From positions 1 through 42,286 of IMG/VR virus record IMGVR_UViG_3300012942_000019: a stretch of DNA of 42,286 nt; one strand, given 5' to 3'. Of the stretch, positions 33,400-42,286 are shown piece after piece (within the stretch, counting starts at the first letter, position 1; every line of letters begins with the position of its first letter). A program made the translations under genes and the position numbers. The notes below the pieces were generated by a model. The model ran no database searches, had not been told where the DNA came from, and saw only the letters and a list, made by a program, of their open reading frames with translations. The DNA comes from a virus. Its lineage: Duplodnaviria > Caudoviricetes.

Positions 33400-34941
33400 A
33401 TGGCGAGCACTGTCGGTGTACGCAATCCCAGCGAGGCGGCAGCCCTGAAGTCGGGTGCGTCGAGTAGCGGGTCTGGTGCCCATAGCCAGACCTCTGCTCA
33501 CAAGGCTGCGGGTACGCAGAATGCGGGCACCCACTCGACAACTGCAACTAAGCCCAAGGCGACGGCGAGTTACACCGCCCCCACGTCAGGTCTCAGTGAT
33601 GGGGATCAGGCTGCTCAGGATTTCGGGTCTCAGTCGACCTTCCCTGCACTTGTGCAGCAGTGGCTCACTGCAAACGATTCGACGCCTTTCGGCGCTACCA
33701 TGACGACTCCGACTGATCCATCCCGTAGCGACTACATCAACGGTGTCCTGAGTTCTCTGCTCGGCTCCGGAAGCAGCTCTGGGGTAAGTGAGAATGCTCC
33801 TGGGGTTTCTGACTTCATTTCTCAGTACCTCGGCACTGGGCCGAGTTCTTCTGATGTTCAGGCGCAGATCGCTGCTCTTGGGAAGTCTCCGCATAACCAT
33901 TCGCTGACCTATTTTCTGAAGCAGGCAGCAAGTGACATCCCCGAGCAGACCATCGACTACACCCCGGTTGCGAACCAGTACAAGAGCGATGCGCAGAACA
34001 CTGCACAGGCCCTTGCCGGAATCTATGGCGGCCTCGCTAACCAGCTCAACTCCGGGAAGAACGACATCAACGCTGCCTATCAGCAGGCACACGACTACAC
34101 AACTGGCGAAAACCAGGATGCGGCCAATACCATTACGGGCGCTTACCAGTCTGCGGCAGCCGATAACGCCAAGGCTCTAGCAGCCCTCGGTATCGATGGA
34201 GGCGCCGCGAACCAGATCGTGAATGGCGGCGGCACGCTGGCACAGGACAGCGCGAACGCTGCCGCACGCGTTGCGGGCAACACTGCGAACCGGCAGCAGC
34301 AACTCACCGAGCAGCACCAGGCTGCGAACACTCTGCAGAACCAGGCTGTTGCCGGCTCTCGTGCTCAGGGTGCTCAGGATGTCTCCAACACGCAGCAGCA
34401 GCTCGGAGACCTTCTCTCTCAGTTGTCTCTTCAGCAGCAGCAGGATCAGAACACCCTGGACTCCAACCGAAACCAGCAGACGCTCAGCCTGGCGACGAGC
34501 CTTCTCGGAGACCAGTCGAACCAGCAGCAGAGCTACCAGAGTTCTGTTGGCTCGCTGCTGCAGCAGATTGCGCAGAATCAGCCATCTGTCTCGGATGCAA
34601 TTTCTGCGTACACCAACCTGTATGGTTCGATCCCAGACCAGCTGAAGCTCGCCCAGGGCTCGTCTCCGTCTCTGTCTGATCTTGTTGCTGCACAGAATCT
34701 CGCAAATAGCGAGTACAACGACCAGTACGGCACCTACGACCAACAGAACAGCGCCGCTGAGGCAGCACAAAACCTGGCAGATAAGGAAGCCTCCTCGAAT
34801 GCCGCTCAGACGCTTAGCCCGTCTGACGTTCTCAGCGCTTACTCGAAGCTTGCTGCAGCATCCAATCCGACTGCGGCTCAGACCAGCGAGTTGGGCACTC
34901 TGGCGAATCTGCTAAAGGCAATGGGCTATCCGGTCCAGTAG
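33400..34941 (+). CDS. Putative ejection (internal virion) protein 2
   Basis: Q/A/S/N-rich, low-complexity, helical; position fits. Confidence 0.6.
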   Translation: MASTVGVRNPSEAAALKSGASSSGSGAHSQTSAHKAAGTQNAGTHSTTATKPKATASYTAPTSGLSDGDQAAQDFGSQSTFPALVQQWLTANDSTPFGATMTTPTDPSRSDYINGVLSSLLGSGSSSGVSENAPGVSDFISQYLGTGPSSSDVQAQIAALGKSPHNHSLTYFLKQAASDIPEQTIDYTPVANQYKSDAQNTAQALAGIYGGLANQLNSGKNDINAAYQQAHDYTTGENQDAANTITGAYQSAAADNAKALAALGIDGGAANQIVNGGGTLAQDSANAAARVAGNTANRQQQLTEQHQAANTLQNQAVAGSRAQGAQDVSNTQQQLGDLLSQLSLQQQQDQNTLDSNRNQQTLSLATSLLGDQSNQQQSYQSSVGSLLQQIAQNQPSVSDAISAYTNLYGSIPDQLKLAQGSSPSLSDLVAAQNLANSEYNDQYGTYDQQNSAAEAAQNLADKEASSNAAQTLSPSDVLSAYSKLAAASNPTAAQTSELGTLANLLKAMGYPVQ

Positions 34942-34950
34942 GATTCGGGC

Positions 34951-37900
34951 ATGAGCGCGTTCGACGAGCTGCTTGCTCAGGCACGAGCAGCGCAAACCAC
35001 CCCTACCACAGCGCCGAAGCAGCTCAACTACAAGGTCGTGCCGCAGGCCACTACTCAGGCTACTTCCGCAGCGCCGAAGGGCGTTCTCGGCCACATCGTA
35101 GACATCCTGTCTCGACCCGAGTACATGGTGACGAACTTCCTGAACCAAGTGGGTAACGATGTCTCCGATGTACGTCACGGTACCGGAAGTGTGCTGGGCG
35201 ACATCGGCAAGACCATTGCTGCCCCAGTCGAGGGGCTTCTCGGTAGTAATCCGGCCCACAAAATCACTGGCTCGCAGCTCATCAACAACGTCGACAAGGA
35301 TGTCACCGACCACACGCTCGACCAGCAGATCGGCAAGACTGCGGCTGACGTTGTTGAGGGAGTAGGAGGCTTCGCGGCCGACATCCTGTTGGACCCGACC
35401 ACCTATTTCGGTGGCGGTCTCATCAAGGACGCCGCTGAAGGTGCAATCAAGGGAGGCGCTAAGGTTCTCGGCAAAGTTGCTGAGACCGGCGTTCTGGGCA
35501 AGACCGTCAAGGATGCCTCAGCAGCGGTTCGAGAGGCTGCCACTAAGGCCGGCAAGTTGCCCACTATCGACAAGGACGGTGCACAGGCCGCTGAAGCGGC
35601 TGATTCTGCAGAGAACGCTATTGATACTGCACCTACCCCAATCGAAGGGGCTGCGGAGTCTATTGACGCATCGAAAAAGATGCCCACCCCGCACGAGGCT
35701 GAGGCGGTAGCAGGCAAGGGCACCGAGGCCGCCATCGACGCAGGACTCGACCCGGATCGCGTACAGGCTGCTACTGAGGCCGTCACTAAGGACGCCCCTA
35801 AGCTCAGCGGTAAAGAGGCGCTTGAACAGGCCATCTCTACACCCAAGGGTAAGGATGTCGTCAGCACTCTGGCGAAGCTCGCTGATGTCGCTAAGAAGTC
35901 GATGGAGGAGACTCCGGTACCGACGAAGCTCACCCCGCGTCAGTGGCTTAGTGAAGTCTCGACGAGGGTGGCCGGTGACCGTGAAGAGCAGTACAAGGTG
36001 CTGGAGAAGAATCCATCTGCCTCGCTTCCCGATTTGCCGGGAATCAAGATCGGAGGAGGAAAGTCACCGGAGCACGTCGACTTCGCTACGGCTAAAGAGC
36101 GCTTCGAGGGGGGCGGCGCGGACCGCTCTGCTCTCGGAGAAGGGCTGCAGCGTGCCTATCGCCAGTACGAGGTCAAGTTCAATCAAGCAGCTAAGAGTGG
36201 TCGTGCTGTTGATGCTTTCGGGCGCCCTGCGGATTCTGCAGCAACGGGAACCGCTGGCGCTCGGTTCGTTCAGGGCCTCGCAAGCCTACGAAACACCCTG
36301 AATGCGGGCGACAGCGCACTATCCAAGACGTTCAGCACCCCTGTGGTGAAGGCCCTATCGACCGTTGCTCGTAATGCCAGTGACGACGATCTTGCGAACT
36401 TCTTCGGGCAGCTGCATGGCGCCCTGACCGGAACCACTACTCTGAGCAACTTCCTCACGCTTGGCCGATTCGACCGTACTGCCGCAACCGAGGCAGGAGA
36501 GACGATTGCCCGTCGCGCGAAGGTCACTGATTTCGCAGTGAACAAAACCACTGGTGCTCCTAAGAAGGGGCTTGGCGCACTTCTTCAGCACATGGGCATG
36601 ACTGACGAGGGCGTACAGGCCCTGTCGAGTGACATTCGCAACTCGGCCCGAAATATCAAGCCGAAGACTGAAGAGGTGGCGAACGGGCTTACCGAACTGG
36701 CTGCTGATGACCTCGACAACGGCACCTCTGACATCGCCCGCGATGCCGCACTTGAGGCAGGTGCGACCCCAGACACGCTGACCGCTGTTCAGCGGCTCGC
36801 TGGATATGCTGCGGCAGACGCAGTGAAGGAAGCGAAGCTCGATCCCGCCAGCTGGGCACACACGCTCAAGGATGGTGTCAAAAAGGACACCGCTCAATAT
36901 GGCGCCGGGTATGCCGCCCAGACGCATCAGCTGAACCAGTTCTTCCAGTACACGGTGTGGAACAAGATCAGTCGGCCGCTCACTGAGCTTGCCAAGGCTA
37001 AGAACCTCGGAGGTGTCGCTCGGGCAAAGCTGATGCGTGAGACCATCATGCCGGCGCTTCGCCTGACTGAGCGTTTCATGGAAGCTCACGGGGCGCCACT
37101 CACTATTGGTGTTGGGGACGCCAAGGTGCAGATGGGGCTTAGCCAGATCATCGACACGCTGATGTCAGGCGACGAGTCTGAAGCACTCAAGGCGATGTTC
37201 AACGGAACCACGTTCATTCCGCCGACAAACCTCATGGACGCTGTTCAGGCCGCTATCACGGGCCATTTCGATCTGCCGGTGTACGAGGACATCATCGTCA
37301 ACGGACGTAAGACCGTACGCCTCTCCCACACCGAACCGCTGGACGGTCAGGCGGCAATCGAGGCGGCGCTGAGCCAGACGCGTACGAAATGGGCGACGGC
37401 AGACGGTGCTAGCAGGGGGTTTGAGAACTGGTATCGAGGGACTACCTCGGCACTCGATGACACCGAGCTTGCTGCTTCCGAGGAGCGCAGCATCGGTAAG
37501 GCACGGCGGTACAGTTCTCAGAAGTTCGACATCGGAGAGAATGCAGGTCAGCTCGGGAAGCTCATTGCGGACAACACCGATGAGTTCCGTCGCATCGCTC
37601 AGGAGAACGCAGCCGAGTGGTCTGACCGTGTCGAGGGGGAGACCAAGGAACTTACTGAGGCAAATTATCAGGCACTCTCCGATGCCGTGGACGAGGCCAA
37701 CGTCGGAAACCTTCAGCCTCTTGTTCAGGGAATCTCCGATACCTCTAGTCGAATCGCGAAGCAGGCTGTCGCAGATGGCGACACCTACGACGCTTCCGCA
37801 GTGGCGAACACTCTCGTCAAGTCTGGGTTCGGCGACGGGGAAAGCCCTTCTGCAGACATTCTTATCGACGGGGCAGCAAAGCTCGCAAAACCCGGCATCA

Positions 37901-40140
37901 CGAAGGACGAGGCTGCACTCGTAAAGCGTGAGACCAGAAGCCGACTCGACAACATTGGGGGCGATGCTGAGCGACGTACAAATACTGCAGTCGCAGCCAA
38001 GGGCGAGTTCCTTACTCTCGGAGACAAAATCCAGGCATATGTCAACGGCGGCTTCCTTCGCAAAACTGCCAGTGCTTTCAGTCGGGCAGTGAACTTCCCT
38101 GACCTTCACGAAAGCCTGCGTAAGACAGAGTCTGTCTGGCACCTGACTCTTGGTACGCAATTCCAGCGAATCAACGCACTTCAGCGGGCTATGACGACTC
38201 CCGAGACTGAGCAGAGTGCTTTGCAGGCGTGGCGTGCCCTCCAGCACGGTGAGCCTCGCCCTGACGGGGCGACCGGCGAACTCTATGACCAGCTTCAGGA
38301 AATCGGCGGCGTGCTGTTCGGCTACGACGGTAACCCGGATCATGGGCTCTACAACAACGCATGGTTCCGTGAACAGGGCGACCTCTCGCACGCCAACAAG
38401 TTGCTCGATTACGCCGGCCTGCCAGAGGAGTACCACTTCGACCTCGATAAGGCGGCCCGAGACGCCAGCAAATCCGGCCGGAGTGTCCACGTCGAACTCG
38501 CTAACCAGTGGCGCGATCACAACTTCACGCAGGGCAACGACTTGGTCGATTACTTCGCTAAGCAGTCTCAGGCGTTCATGCGAATGACAAGCCACCAGAC
38601 CATCGCAGACAGCTTCCACCAGGTTGCAAAGGACATGGGTGCGGTTCGTAAAATCAGTGCCGGCGATGACATTCCTGATGGCTACGTCGCGCTGCGGCAG
38701 GGTGAGGGCAAGAGTGTCCTCGCGCCCTACCTCGACCCGAGCTACGTCTATAAGCGTGACATCGCAATGCAGCTGGCCCGCATGGATGCAATGGTTCAGG
38801 ACAGTTTCGACAAGTCCACGCCGTTCTGGAAGTTCATCAACGGGCAGTATCGCCCTGTGCTAGACCTCTGGAAGCAGGGCATGACGATCTACAACCCGAG
38901 CCACCACATCAGAAACCTCATCGGCGATACTGTGCTCACCTATCAGGCCAACGGCGCTAAGAACTTCGGTCGAGCGCACAAGATCGCCCTCGGCATCATG
39001 GCTCGTTCCGGCAAAAACTATGACGGCTATGACATGGTTCGGGCGCTTCGTGGTGAGGGTTCGGTCATCAAAAGCTCCGGGACTGCCTTCAAGACTGCCC
39101 GCCACGGCGACTGGGATATTGACGAGGTATACAAGTACGCCCGCGATTCCGGCCTTCTTCCTGAGCACAACCAGATCGAGCAGCTGGAAGAACTCGACGA
39201 GGAAGGCAACACCCTGGCGACAACGCGTGTGCAGAAGATCAACCAGGCTCTCCATAACAGCCTTCCTGGCCGGACGGCTGGTAAGGTGTCCGAAGCTCGT
39301 GACCACTACTCGCGCATGGGCCACTTCGTGCAGTTCATCATGAACAACGACTCGAAGTTCAAAGACCGTGACGCGCTTATGGCGGCTGCTGCCAAGTCGA
39401 CGCGTAAGTGGCACCCGGATGGGTCTGACATGACCAAGTGGGAGGGTGCCCTTCGACTTGTGATCCCGTTCTACTCCTGGACCCGCAAGACCATTCCGCT
39501 CGTCCTAGAGTCCATGCTGACTCACCCGAACCGAGTGAATGTCTTCCCCAAGGCATCCTTCGATCTGGCGACAGCTACCGGGGTGAACCCGCAGTCATTT
39601 GGAGATCCCTACCCCGCAGACCAGCTGTTCCCGAGCTACATCACCGGGGAGGGTTTCGGCCCGCAAATCGATATCAACGGAAAGTATTACGGCATTCAGC
39701 CAGGCATCCCTAGCGTCGACATCCTCACTTCGACTGTTGCCGGCGCTAGCGACAATCCACTGAAGAACATCGGTTCGGGCATCCTTGATCAGTTGGCTCC
39801 AGCCATCAAAGTGCCTGTCGAACTTAGCACCGGAACCAGCCTATCGACCGGGGGAGACATCAACGACACCTCCGACTACATCGACTCACAGCTCCCTGGC
39901 GTCAACAAGATTGCCGCGCTTACGGGCTACTCTCCGACAGGAACTGTCTGGGGTCTTCTGAACGGAACTGGCCCCCAGCAGCAGTACCAGATCGCTCAGG
40001 GCAACAAGCAACACGGACCTACGGTGAGCTTGCTCAACGAGCTTCTGGGCCTCGGCCTTACTCCGATGAGCCAGCCGAATCAGATCAACTACGCTGAGAT
40101 CGAGAAGCGCAATGCAGCCGGCGCGACGCAGGGAGGGTAG
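34951..40140 (+). CDS. Large putative ejection / internal virion protein (1729 aa)
   Basis: Largest ORF. ADILLDPTTY N-terminal motif, plus NPSHHIRNLIGD and IPFYSWTRK motifs typical of large podovirus internal proteins. Confidence 0.7.
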   Translation: MSAFDELLAQARAAQTTPTTAPKQLNYKVVPQATTQATSAAPKGVLGHIVDILSRPEYMVTNFLNQVGNDVSDVRHGTGSVLGDIGKTIAAPVEGLLGSNPAHKITGSQLINNVDKDVTDHTLDQQIGKTAADVVEGVGGFAADILLDPTTYFGGGLIKDAAEGAIKGGAKVLGKVAETGVLGKTVKDASAAVREAATKAGKLPTIDKDGAQAAEAADSAENAIDTAPTPIEGAAESIDASKKMPTPHEAEAVAGKGTEAAIDAGLDPDRVQAATEAVTKDAPKLSGKEALEQAISTPKGKDVVSTLAKLADVAKKSMEETPVPTKLTPRQWLSEVSTRVAGDREEQYKVLEKNPSASLPDLPGIKIGGGKSPEHVDFATAKERFEGGGADRSALGEGLQRAYRQYEVKFNQAAKSGRAVDAFGRPADSAATGTAGARFVQGLASLRNTLNAGDSALSKTFSTPVVKALSTVARNASDDDLANFFGQLHGALTGTTTLSNFLTLGRFDRTAATEAGETIARRAKVTDFAVNKTTGAPKKGLGALLQHMGMTDEGVQALSSDIRNSARNIKPKTEEVANGLTELAADDLDNGTSDIARDAALEAGATPDTLTAVQRLAGYAAADAVKEAKLDPASWAHTLKDGVKKDTAQYGAGYAAQTHQLNQFFQYTVWNKISRPLTELAKAKNLGGVARAKLMRETIMPALRLTERFMEAHGAPLTIGVGDAKVQMGLSQIIDTLMSGDESEALKAMFNGTTFIPPTNLMDAVQAAITGHFDLPVYEDIIVNGRKTVRLSHTEPLDGQAAIEAALSQTRTKWATADGASRGFENWYRGTTSALDDTELAASEERSIGKARRYSSQKFDIGENAGQLGKLIADNTDEFRRIAQENAAEWSDRVEGETKELTEANYQALSDAVDEANVGNLQPLVQGISDTSSRIAKQAVADGDTYDASAVANTLVKSGFGDGESPSADILIDGAAKLAKPGITKDEAALVKRETRSRLDNIGGDAERRTNTAVAAKGEFLTLGDKIQAYVNGGFLRKTASAFSRAVNFPDLHESLRKTESVWHLTLGTQFQRINALQRAMTTPETEQSALQAWRALQHGEPRPDGATGELYDQLQEIGGVLFGYDGNPDHGLYNNAWFREQGDLSHANKLLDYAGLPEEYHFDLDKAARDASKSGRSVHVELANQWRDHNFTQGNDLVDYFAKQSQAFMRMTSHQTIADSFHQVAKDMGAVRKISAGDDIPDGYVALRQGEGKSVLAPYLDPSYVYKRDIAMQLARMDAMVQDSFDKSTPFWKFINGQYRPVLDLWKQGMTIYNPSHHIRNLIGDTVLTYQANGAKNFGRAHKIALGIMARSGKNYDGYDMVRALRGEGSVIKSSGTAFKTARHGDWDIDEVYKYARDSGLLPEHNQIEQLEELDEEGNTLATTRVQKINQALHNSLPGRTAGKVSEARDHYSRMGHFVQFIMNNDSKFKDRDALMAAAAKSTRKWHPDGSDMTKWEGALRLVIPFYSWTRKTIPLVLESMLTHPNRVNVFPKASFDLATATGVNPQSFGDPYPADQLFPSYITGEGFGPQIDINGKYYGIQPGIPSVDILTSTVAGASDNPLKNIGSGILDQLAPAIKVPVELSTGTSLSTGGDINDTSDYIDSQLPGVNKIAALTGYSPTGTVWGLLNGTGPQQQYQIAQGNKQHGPTVSLLNELLGLGLTPMSQPNQINYAEIEKRNAAGATQGG

Positions 40141-40143
40141 CCC

Positions 40144-41124
40144 ATGCCACTAACGCTTACCCCGGCACAGCAGGCACTTGTTCAGGCTGCCACACAGGGC
40201 TATCAGAACTCCGCTCAGAGCGGACTGCCAAGTGCCGTTCAACAGGTAGCGGCCGGCCAATTGCAGAATGTCAGCACAAGCCAATCGAATAATGCAGCTC
40301 AGGTTCAGGCACTCGCTGACGCTGCCAATACTGCTGCGACTGATCAGGACAACAGCCTGATAGGCGGCATTCAAGACACTGCTGCGGCGGCTGCCGCTGC
40401 CTCAAATACAAGCGCAGCCGCGCTTGCTGCACAAGCGCAGCAGAACGCCGCACAGACAGGCGCACAGTATGGCTCGAATGAAGCCGCCCTTGCGGCAGCT
40501 GATTCCAGCGCGGCAAACCAGCAACAGGGAGCTTTTCTCCAGAGCTACCTGAAAGAGCATCCGACTGCATCCCCCTCGGAAGTAGCGGCTGCTGCACAGA
40601 AGAACGCAGCAGCGATGGCGTCTGCGCTTTCTGGGGGGTCTACCGGTTCATATACCAGCGATCCGGCAGGAACCAGCGGGAACACGCAGTACAACCCCTC
40701 TGGCGGGGGAATGGGCTCGAACGCCCCGCGAGAATGGGTTCCGGAAACCAATCTCAGCAACTCGCGGAACGAAGCACTGGAGACGGCTTTCAGCTATACG
40801 GGCGATCCGTACCAGCTTGGTGGTACCTCTCATGCCGGTATCGACTGTTCCGGCCTTGTGATGGCTGTCTACGATCAATTCGGGCTCGGTCAGTACATCA
40901 ACAACCACAATGCGACTACTCAAGCACAGCAGATCCCTGGAGTACGAACTGCAGTCTCAAATCTTCAGCCGGGCGATATCGTTGCCTGGAAGGACGGCAG
41001 CCATATCGCGATCTATGCCGGCAACAACATGATCGTCGCCGCTGCTGCACCCGGTGAAGGAGTCAAGTACCAACCCGTCTGGGGAGATGTCTACGGCATT
41101 CACCTCACGCTTCCAGGAGAGTAG
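40144..41124 (+). CDS. NlpC/P60 (C40) peptidoglycan hydrolase with an A/Q-rich N-terminus
   Basis: G.PY..GG...GIDCSGLV, LQPGDIV and HIAIYAG. Confidence 0.88.
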   Translation: MPLTLTPAQQALVQAATQGYQNSAQSGLPSAVQQVAAGQLQNVSTSQSNNAAQVQALADAANTAATDQDNSLIGGIQDTAAAAAAASNTSAAALAAQAQQNAAQTGAQYGSNEAALAAADSSAANQQQGAFLQSYLKEHPTASPSEVAAAAQKNAAAMASALSGGSTGSYTSDPAGTSGNTQYNPSGGGMGSNAPREWVPETNLSNSRNEALETAFSYTGDPYQLGGTSHAGIDCSGLVMAVYDQFGLGQYINNHNATTQAQQIPGVRTAVSNLQPGDIVAWKDGSHIAIYAGNNMIVAAAAPGEGVKYQPVWGDVYGIHLTLPGE

Positions 41125-41133
41125 AGCAGGAAC

Positions 41134-41574
41134 ATGAGCGGAGAGACTGTCATCGGAGGAGTTCAGCCGGGAGGGTGGCTTGTAGCCGCTATTACGGTCG
41201 CGGGTCTCATCATCGTTGCGTGGATCAACTCTCGGGCGTCTCGGAAGATGCAGGATCAGGTCAAGCAGCAGATCGAGGAAACAAATCAGACCGCGGTGCA
41301 AAAGACTGAAGAGGTCAAGGAAGCGGTTACGAACAACCATCCCACCCATATTCGCGAAGACATCGACATGCTGCTGGCCCTTCTCAGGGAGATAGATGAC
41401 AAGGCCAACAGCAACTTCGACGATACGCGCAAGGACATCGGCGGAATCCGAGAAGAGCTTCGTGAGGAGCGCAAGGTGTCGACGGGTACGAGAACGATGC
41501 TGACGAATCACCTTCAGGATGTTGCTCCAGCTCTCGTCGAGTGGCACAACCGGCAGCGTACGTCCAAAAAGTAA
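41134..41574 (+). CDS. Membrane protein (DUF2746-like, possibly lysis-related)
   Basis: N-terminal TM helix, then V.NNHPT.IREDID and DIGGIREELREER. Confidence 0.65.
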   Translation: MSGETVIGGVQPGGWLVAAITVAGLIIVAWINSRASRKMQDQVKQQIEETNQTAVQKTEEVKEAVTNNHPTHIREDIDMLLALLREIDDKANSNFDDTRKDIGGIREELREERKVSTGTRTMLTNHLQDVAPALVEWHNRQRTSKK

Positions 41575-41583
41575 CCGCCATAG

Positions 41584-41630
41584 CAGAAGCCCCGCCGACC
41601 GGGACAGAGTCTCCAGCGGCGGGGCTTCTG
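41584..41630. terminator. Stem-loop between the convergent arms
   Basis: 14-bp arms CAGAAGCCCCGCCG / CGGCGGGGCTTCTG between the stops at 41574 (+) and 41671 (-). Confidence 0.75.
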
Positions 41631-41670
41631 TGGTCTGGACACGAGACCCATGCGCCCGCAACGCACGCTA

Positions 41671-42093
41671 TCAGCCTAGCACAGGATTATTTTGTCGCAT
41701 CAGACCATGTGTGACTGCGTAGTAGATCAAGTGCATCTTGGCGCTTTGCTCATCAGGCATGTGACCATTAGGCAATTGAAACCCTTCATACATAGCACCG
41801 AGTTTGTAAGTTTCTGGGGGTTGACGGACTACGTCTGCGCCAAGGCAAAAGGCAGCGAACTCAATAGCGCCAAGCACTTCGCTAGTTGCCATTGTCTTGC
41901 CGTGTGCTGCGCGTCGAAGTCTCCAGTCCTCGATTACTACGACATCTGGCTTGGTCCCTGTTGACTGAATGCTGCGATTGAGCAAATCGTAAAGTTCATC
42001 CCTACCGACACGCGATGTCGATGGATACCCGAAACCTGACCACTTCGCCCATCCGATACCCTTTGCCCCGGGATCAAAGGCCCAGATCATCAT
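41671..42093 (-). CDS. RuvC-like Holliday junction resolvase
   Basis: AFDPG...GWA, VVVIE, GAIE and DE.SA..H; ATGA overlap with the polymerase stop. Confidence 0.75.
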   Translation of the reverse strand: MMIWAFDPGAKGIGWAKWSGFGYPSTSRVGRDELYDLLNRSIQSTGTKPDVVVIEDWRLRRAAHGKTMATSEVLGAIEFAAFCLGADVVRQPPETYKLGAMYEGFQLPNGHMPDEQSAKMHLIYYAVTHGLMRQNNPVLG

Positions 42094-42286
42094 GCTGCCT
42101 TCCCCGCTTCGCCCCAGTGCTTACTGCCGTAGTCAGGACCGATCTCGCTAGCAAACACCACCTGGTTGAACACGTCTTCTCCGGTGCTGCTGGCGACATC
42201 CTCAAAGATGGCCTTGATCTTCGGCATCATTTCCTCGACAAGGTCCTCTCGAATCTCCCACAGGATTGCGTCATGGATCTGCAGCA
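42090..42286 (-). CDS. polA: DNA polymerase, 3' end (continuation of 1-1747)
   Basis: The frame continues ...VFNQVVFASEIGPDYGSKHWGEAGKAA to TGA at 42092-42090. Confidence 0.9.
   Translation of the reverse strand, partial: LQIHDAILWEIREDLVEEMMPKIKAIFEDVASSTGEDVFNQVVFASEIGPDYGSKHWGEAGKAA
42164..42286. repeat. Second copy of the 123-bp terminal overlap
   Basis: Identical to 1-123. Confidence 0.95.

Noticed and set aside
42164-42286. 123-bp direct repeat as a biological terminal repeat
   Set aside because: It lies mid-polymerase and has the size of an assembler overlap, so it is most likely a circularisation artefact.

Overview
This window is an apparently complete, circularly assembled dsDNA tailed-phage genome of about 42,163 bp. 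Bases 1-123 are repeated exactly at 42164-42286, and the DNA polymerase gene runs through that junction. High GC, the gene content, an M15-type endolysin and many leaderless-type starts suggest an actinobacterial host (Microbacteriaceae/Micrococcales-like; inference). The genome has two divergent arms. The minus-strand arm (15019 -> 1 -> 41671) carries small early genes, an SNF2 helicase, an HNH/Zn protein, a C5 DNA methyltransferase cassette, a Cas4-like exonuclease, an AAA ATPase, an SSB-like protein, a prim-pol/helicase, a family A DNA polymerase and a RuvC-like resolvase. The plus-strand arm (15666-41574) carries an Acb2/Tad1-like protein, an HTH regulator, a putative TerS, tail fibres, endolysin/holin, TerL, portal, scaffold, major capsid, adaptor, nozzle, three ejection-type proteins and an NlpC/P60 protein. 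I saw no tape measure, tail tube, integrase, tRNA or CRISPR array, so it is probably a lytic podovirus. The most interesting signals are a candidate anti-defence nucleotide sponge, a genome-wide set of TANNNT-N6/7-start leaderless promoters, a repeated RNA-like motif in the scaffold leader, a motif-rich 1.6 kb control region holding a lone counter-oriented ORF, and overlapping genes upstream of the portal. All functional calls come from motif recognition by eye; no database search was run.
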